Shown here piece after piece: positions 25,346 to 29,680 of a stretch of 29,680 nucleotides of DNA. The DNA is from Candidatus Norongarragalinales archaeon (GTDB lineage: Archaea; Micrarchaeota; Micrarchaeia; Norongarragalinales; Norongarragalinaceae). The stretch covers positions 1 through 29,680 of the forward strand of contig JAVYMB010000001.1 of NCBI GenBank assembly GCA_038740145.1. The letters are read 5' to 3'. Positions within the stretch are counted from its first letter, which is position 1, and the number at the start of each line of letters is the position of its first letter. The notes beneath the pieces were generated by a model. The model saw only the letters and a list, made by a program, of their open reading frames with translations, had not been told where the DNA came from and did not search any database. The translations under genes and the position numbers were made by a program.

Positions 25346-26152
25346 TTACGCTAAGAGAGCGGCACCGATTGCAGTTGCGTACTCGCCGTTCTTAGGGTAA
25401 ACCGAATTGACTCCAAAAATTTTTGCGGCAGCCGCGCTTCGTTCCCTAAAGAACTTGTTTTTCGCTGCAACGCGTCCAGTAAAAACGATTTTGTTGAACC
25501 CAGCGCTTTTCGCGGCGAAGGCGGCGGACACTCCGACGCTTTCACCTACGAGCGCGATTATGCTTAACGCTACGTCTTCCTTCTTCGGCGTGCCAGCTAG
25601 CGTCGCTACTTTACCTAAGTTCGCGGCAGTCGCAGTCGGTGGAACGACACCGATTGGCCCCCCAATTACTTCGTTGACTGTAAGGTCTAAGCGCGGCTTA
25701 CCTCGCTTCGCGAAAGACTCTAAATCGCTGGCGCGGCGTTGAAGCAACAACTTCGCTAGCCCGTCCAGCGTTCCGCCGCCTATTCCAGTGCCGCCAACGT
25801 GCTTCACGCTCGCGCCGTCCACCGCGACGAAAGGCGTTCCAGTGCCTACGTTTGCGCACAAAAACTTTTTTTCTCTCGACAAGAACGCAGCTCCAAGTCC
25901 AATGCATTGTATTTCGTCTACTCGCTTGAACCCGCTGCAAGACGCCATTCTCTTGCCTCCAGTGCAAGCGAACAATGGGCGCGCGCTCGCGCTCGTGTTT
26001 TCAGCGACGAATTCCTTGAGCACGGCATTCGAGTATTCGTTGCTTGAAACCGAGCGCGTCGCAGTCAAGTTTTTGTTTTCGAGAATAGCTAAATCCGTGT
26101 TCGAAACGCCGGCATCTACACCTACGCGTACTTCACTCACCGTCAAACCCAC
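25346..26152 (-). CDS. coaW: Type II pantothenate kinase (CoaW/Fumble, ASKHA fold)
   Basis: GVDAG, DEIQC (catalytic Glu position), NVGTGT, GGTGIGGGTL.GL, DL.V, TAANLGK, VGE.V, GEYATAIGA; matches the Staphylococcus-type PanK-II motif order. Confidence 0.85.
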   Translation of the reverse strand: MGLTVSEVRVGVDAGVSNTDLAILENKNLTATRSVSSNEYSNAVLKEFVAENTSASARPLFACTGGKRMASCSGFKRVDEIQCIGLGAAFLSREKKFLCANVGTGTPFVAVDGASVKHVGGTGIGGGTLDGLAKLLLQRRASDLESFAKRGKPRLDLTVNEVIGGPIGVVPPTATAANLGKVATLAGTPKKEDVALSIIALVGESVGVSAAFAAKSAGFNKIVFTGRVAAKNKFFRERSAAAAKIFGVNSVYPKNGEYATAIGAALLA

Positions 26153-26167
26153 CGCAAGTGTTACGCA

Positions 26168-27793
26168 CTAGAATTTAATAAATCCTGCGGACGACGCAGC
26201 AAAGCCAGCAAGCGCGAGGACTACGCCGACCAAGCCTTCCCCGCTGATGACGCCTGCTGCGGCGAGCCGCCATAACTCTGTTTTGCGCGCCTTGTCGACC
26301 ACTAATCGAATCAAGCCGCCTGCGAATAGCGGCGCACTGAGTTCGATTGGAACGTACATTCCGATTCCGAAGGCAACCGCAATCACGCCTAAACCAAGGC
26401 GCAGCGCGAAAACCGTGAGCAACGCGCCGAATAACAATCCAGTCAGTAAAAAGTTAGAGAGCGCGGACGCGGAAACGATTTCTTTGACTGCAATCGCTTG
26501 CGGTGCTGGAAGGTTTACCGAACCGATTCCTTGCGCTTTGTCAAGCGCAATCAAAACAACTCCTATAACGAGCGATGCGGCGACTACGCTGAGCAACTGG
26601 ATTTTGAATTGGTTTCGCGGGTTCGCGTGCAGCACCGCGCCTGCCTTCAAGTCTTGCAGAAAATCGCCTCCCATTCCCGCAGCGATGCACACGACTGCAG
26701 CGAGCAAGACGAGTGGGACGATGTTGAAGCCGAACGCTATCTTTGCCGCGATGAGGACGATGAGCGCGAAGATTTCCATTGGGTCGACATTCATTTCGCC
26801 CGTCACTCGCGCGCCAACATAAGCCATCGCAAACGCTCCAGCAATCGCGATTATTGATAATGCAAGGTTCATTTCAGTGATTACGGTGAGGGCTCCGACG
26901 CAAGCGATTAAAGCGGCGCCAGCCCAGCGCTTAGGCAAACCCCAATCAGCATTTGTGAAGTCGCGAAAGATTTTCTTGAATTCAGGCAATCCTTTCAACA
27001 AGAAAAACGCGAGCGCGGCACCGATAACGATTCCAACGCCGATTGGCTTTGCGAAGCCGGCGAGCGCAACTGCCTTGTCCGAAAAAACGCCGTTCGCGAT
27101 GAACCAAGGCGTCAGCAAAAAGTAAGACGCGGTTGCGCCGAGGAACCACGCGCACGTGAAAATCGGTCCGATGAGGAAGCCGCCTGCGAATGGAATCAAG
27201 GAAATTGAAGAGCCGAAAGAGAAAAAACGCGCAGCCTCTATTTTCAAGGTTTCCAGGTTTACGAAGCCAGGAATTGCTTTAAAGTAGTCGCGCGCCGCGC
27301 TGAACGCAGCGCCGACTGCGAACGATGCTGCGAGCGTCTTTGCTTTGCTTCCGCCTTCGTCTCCAGCTTGAATTAGTGCTGCTGCCGCTTGTCCGTCTGG
27401 AAAAGGCAGTCGCTCGGTTTCAATCAAGTGCTTGCGCAGCGGAATTGAAAACAATACGCCTGCGACTCCGCCGACGAGTGCTGCGACAGTAATTTCAAAA
27501 ACGCTTACTCGCAGTCCAAGCATCCAAATCGCGGGAATCGTGAAAATGACGCCCGCCGCTATAAGCCCGCCCGTGCTTCCAGCGGTTTGCATTACTACGA
27601 TTTCTCGCGCATTCGTTTTCCCGAGAACCGTCAAAACAGCGAGTGAAACCAGCGACGTAGTGACGATTGGCCAGTACACGCCGCCGATTTTGAGTCCAGC
27701 GTAAGCGGAATACATGCAAACGAGAATCGCGAGAACGCAGCCGAGCAAAGCCGCGCGCAATGTCAACTCGTCATTTTTCTTGATTTTTTCCAC
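26168..27793 (-). CDS. OPT (oligopeptide transporter) family protein
   Basis: ELTLRA..LG, YAGLKIG, QTAGS.G, GVIFTIPA, LPFPDG.AAA, DLKAG..L...PR.Q, PAPQA, GIGMYVP, GVISGEGL. Start placed at GTG 27793 so that it does not overlap trm5. Confidence 0.92.
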   Translation of the reverse strand: MEKIKKNDELTLRAALLGCVLAILVCMYSAYAGLKIGGVYWPIVTTSLVSLAVLTVLGKTNAREIVVMQTAGSTGGLIAAGVIFTIPAIWMLGLRVSVFEITVAALVGGVAGVLFSIPLRKHLIETERLPFPDGQAAAALIQAGDEGGSKAKTLAASFAVGAAFSAARDYFKAIPGFVNLETLKIEAARFFSFGSSISLIPFAGGFLIGPIFTCAWFLGATASYFLLTPWFIANGVFSDKAVALAGFAKPIGVGIVIGAALAFFLLKGLPEFKKIFRDFTNADWGLPKRWAGAALIACVGALTVITEMNLALSIIAIAGAFAMAYVGARVTGEMNVDPMEIFALIVLIAAKIAFGFNIVPLVLLAAVVCIAAGMGGDFLQDLKAGAVLHANPRNQFKIQLLSVVAASLVIGVVLIALDKAQGIGSVNLPAPQAIAVKEIVSASALSNFLLTGLLFGALLTVFALRLGLGVIAVAFGIGMYVPIELSAPLFAGGLIRLVVDKARKTELWRLAAAGVISGEGLVGVVLALAGFAASSAGFIKF

Positions 27794-27857
27794 AATCTCG
27801 CCGAAGCAATTTTTTTCAAGCAAACGCCTTTTATTTCGCAGCACATTAAAAACCTTC

Positions 27858-28892
27858 ATGCGCTCGACGCTTGCCGTAAAAATCGCTTGCCGCGACGCGG
27901 AGCGCGCAAGGCGCGAACTCGTTGCAGCGAAAGCGCTTTGCGGCGACTTGGTGCCTGAACGAAGTAAAAAATTCGTTTTTTTTCCAGTAACCAAAAAAAT
28001 TTGTTTGAACGTTCCTCATTCTTTCGAGAGAAAACGCTTTAAAACCCGGAACCGCATTCGCGGCTTTAAAGAGCTGCTCGCCGAATTTTTGAGTGCGCGA
28101 GAACTCGCAGCCGTGATTAAGAGTTTCGACGTCGTAGGTGAAATCGCCGTCATTCAAGTTCCGCAGCGGCTCGCGAGTAAAGCCAAGCGAATAGCGCAAG
28201 CGTTGCTTGCGTCAAACAACCGAATTAAAACGGTTTTGCAAAAAACAAGCGGCAGGCAAGGCGATTTTCGATTGCAGCGCGTGCGTTGGCTTGCGGGCGC
28301 ACGTCGCTTCACCACAATCCACAAGGAAAACAATTGTTTGCTCCGCGTGGATTTGCGCCGCACTTACTATTCGCCGCGGTTGAGCACCGAGCGCGCTCGC
28401 GTGGCATCACTCGTCAAGCAAAACGAGAGAGTCTTGGTTCCATTCGCTGGCGTTGGGCCATTCGTCCTTCCGATTGCGCGGCAAGGCAAAGCAGCTGAAG
28501 TCGTTGCTATTGAATTAAACCCGGCGGCGGCGCGGTTGTTGAAGGAAAACGTTTGCTTGAACCGCGCCAGCGACCGAGTGCGCGTCATTCAAGGAGATGC
28601 CGCGCGCGTAATGGCGTCGCGCGAGTTTCGCGGTTGGGCGGACAGAATCGTAATGCCCCTCCCCCACACTGCACGCTCGTTTCTACCAAGCGCTTTAAAG
28701 GCTTTAAAGCGCGGCGGAACAATTCACTTTTACAGAATCGTTTTAAAAACGCAAGGCGCCACAGAACTCGAACGCGAGGCGCGAGAGGCGTGCGCTCAAG
28801 CCGGTAAGAAGTTCAAGAAACTTGGTTCACGCAGGGTAATCGTTTTTTCTCCGAGTCGCGCGGAATTCGTTTTGGACTTCAAAGTTTTTTAA
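27858..28892 (+). CDS. trm5: tRNA G37 methyltransferase, aTrm5/Taw22 family (SAM-dependent)
   Basis: N-terminal D1 domain, SFDVVGEIAVI, YYSPRLSTER.R, PFAGVGPF, IELNP, IQGDA, RIVMPLP, G.IHFY. Start at ATG 27858. Confidence 0.9.
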   Translation: MRSTLAVKIACRDAERARRELVAAKALCGDLVPERSKKFVFFPVTKKICLNVPHSFERKRFKTRNRIRGFKELLAEFLSARELAAVIKSFDVVGEIAVIQVPQRLASKAKRIAQALLASNNRIKTVLQKTSGRQGDFRLQRVRWLAGARRFTTIHKENNCLLRVDLRRTYYSPRLSTERARVASLVKQNERVLVPFAGVGPFVLPIARQGKAAEVVAIELNPAAARLLKENVCLNRASDRVRVIQGDAARVMASREFRGWADRIVMPLPHTARSFLPSALKALKRGGTIHFYRIVLKTQGATELEREAREACAQAGKKFKKLGSRRVIVFSPSRAEFVLDFKVF

Positions 28893-28926
28893 ACACTCGC
28901 ATTTCGCCGACGCTTTTTTTTTCAAG

Positions 28927-29220
28927 CTACTTGTTCTTGATTAATTCTAGTAACCCGTCGATGCGCTTGTTTAAGTAGTCGTAATCTATTTTCTCGTCGA
29001 CTTCTTCCTTTATTTCCGCGAGCGTTGCTTTCAAGTGAACGGCGTGGCGTTCAACGCGAGAAATCTTGTCTTCAAGCACGCTCGTTTCCTCGAGCACCTC
29101 AGTCTTGAAGCGGTGGACTGTTTTTACTAGGAGGAGAAACAACGCCGTACAGCAAACAATCAATACTACCGTGACTCCGTCGAATTCAAGCGCTAAAAGT
29201 TGTGGATGAACTAACGTCAC
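28927..29220 (-). CDS. Small bitopic membrane protein with coiled coil
   Basis: One N-terminal TM segment followed by a heptad-rich helix; GTG start overlaps the upstream TGA. Confidence 0.7.
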   Translation of the reverse strand: MTLVHPQLLALEFDGVTVVLIVCCTALFLLLVKTVHRFKTEVLEETSVLEDKISRVERHAVHLKATLAEIKEEVDEKIDYDYLNKRIDGLLELIKNK

Positions 29221-29492
29221 GCCAAAGCAACCTCTTTCTTCGTTAAAAGCAAGTTCGTCGCTTCGCTTAATCGCGCTTCCGCTTGCCGCAAGCCTGCTTT
29301 TTTGGATTGAACTCGGCGCAACGCGATAGTTTCTCGGTGGATTTCTTTGAGCGCGGCTTCAGCGTACTCTATTCGCTGCATCGATCGCGATAGCGCGGCT
29401 TGCGTTTCGCGCATTGCTTGCGCGGCATCCCACCACAAAGCAGCTCCAAAGCCCAAAAACCCGAATAGAATGAGTTGTTCCGCTAAAGCCAT
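29217..29492 (-). CDS. Small bitopic membrane protein with coiled coil
   Basis: N-terminal TM segment (LILFGFLGFGAALWW) followed by a helical segment; TATA-like TTTTTTAA ~25 nt upstream. Confidence 0.7.
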   Translation of the reverse strand: MALAEQLILFGFLGFGAALWWDAAQAMRETQAALSRSMQRIEYAEAALKEIHRETIALRRVQSKKAGLRQAEARLSEATNLLLTKKEVALA

Positions 29493-29516
29493 TAGAGTAA
29501 CGCAACGCTTCCGCGG

Positions 29517-29524
29517 TTAAAAAA
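29517..29524 (-). promoter_or_regulatory. Putative TATA box for a leaderless transcript of the 29492 gene
   Basis: Minus strand TTTTTTAA ending 25 nt before ATG 29492, the spacing expected for TSS at the start codon. Confidence 0.35.
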
Positions 29525-29680
29525 CGTTTTCAGTATCGCGGCGCAGTCAAGCGCGTTTAGCTTGCGCTTTGAATTGGCTTAACTGGAATCACGTATTTCG
29601 GGAAAACGAGTTTGCCTAATGGTTTTGCCGTCTTGCTTCTAACCGCGCTGCTTTGGCGCATCACCGCGACTAATCGTTAG

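Noticed and set aside
27794-27994. N-terminal extensions of OPT (to 27994) and Trm5 (from 27714)
   Set aside because: They would overlap each other head-to-head; internal starts at 27793 and 27858 leave a normal 64-nt divergent promoter.

Overview
Gene-dense archaeal chromosomal segment. The gene repertoire (RadA, RFC large subunit, Taw1, aTrm5, DUF359 dephospho-CoA kinase, DUF63) is clearly archaeal. The style of the surface proteins suggests a DPANN lineage such as Micrarchaeota (inference). About 30 CDS are present: DNA replication and repair (rfcL, endonuclease IV, mre11-rad50, radA, nth, a solo Cas4-like nuclease), tRNA G37 wyosine modification (taw1, trm5), cofactor and metabolite handling (type II pantothenate kinase, PPAT-DPCK fusion, NnrD, HD nucleotidase, YjbQ, nitroreductase, IMPase, Glu/Leu/Phe/Val dehydrogenase), an OPT transporter, and several secreted or membrane proteins. 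I found no rRNA, tRNA, CRISPR array, transposase or integrase. Main findings: (1) a probable CoA salvage route, OPT transporter + bacterial/eukaryal-type PanK-II + PPAT-DPCK fusion; (2) a ~109-codon gene at 15577-15905, missed by the ORF track, split by a -1 frameshift at an A-AAG site followed by a hairpin that resembles an IS200/IS605 end; (3) a 16-codon ORF with its own TATA box and a perfect but structurally occluded Shine-Dalgarno; (4) a ~794-aa LamG-DUF2341 membrane protein broken by a second -1 frameshift; (5) a solo Cas4 with a PIP-like tail. All assignments come from motif recognition by eye; no database searches were run.
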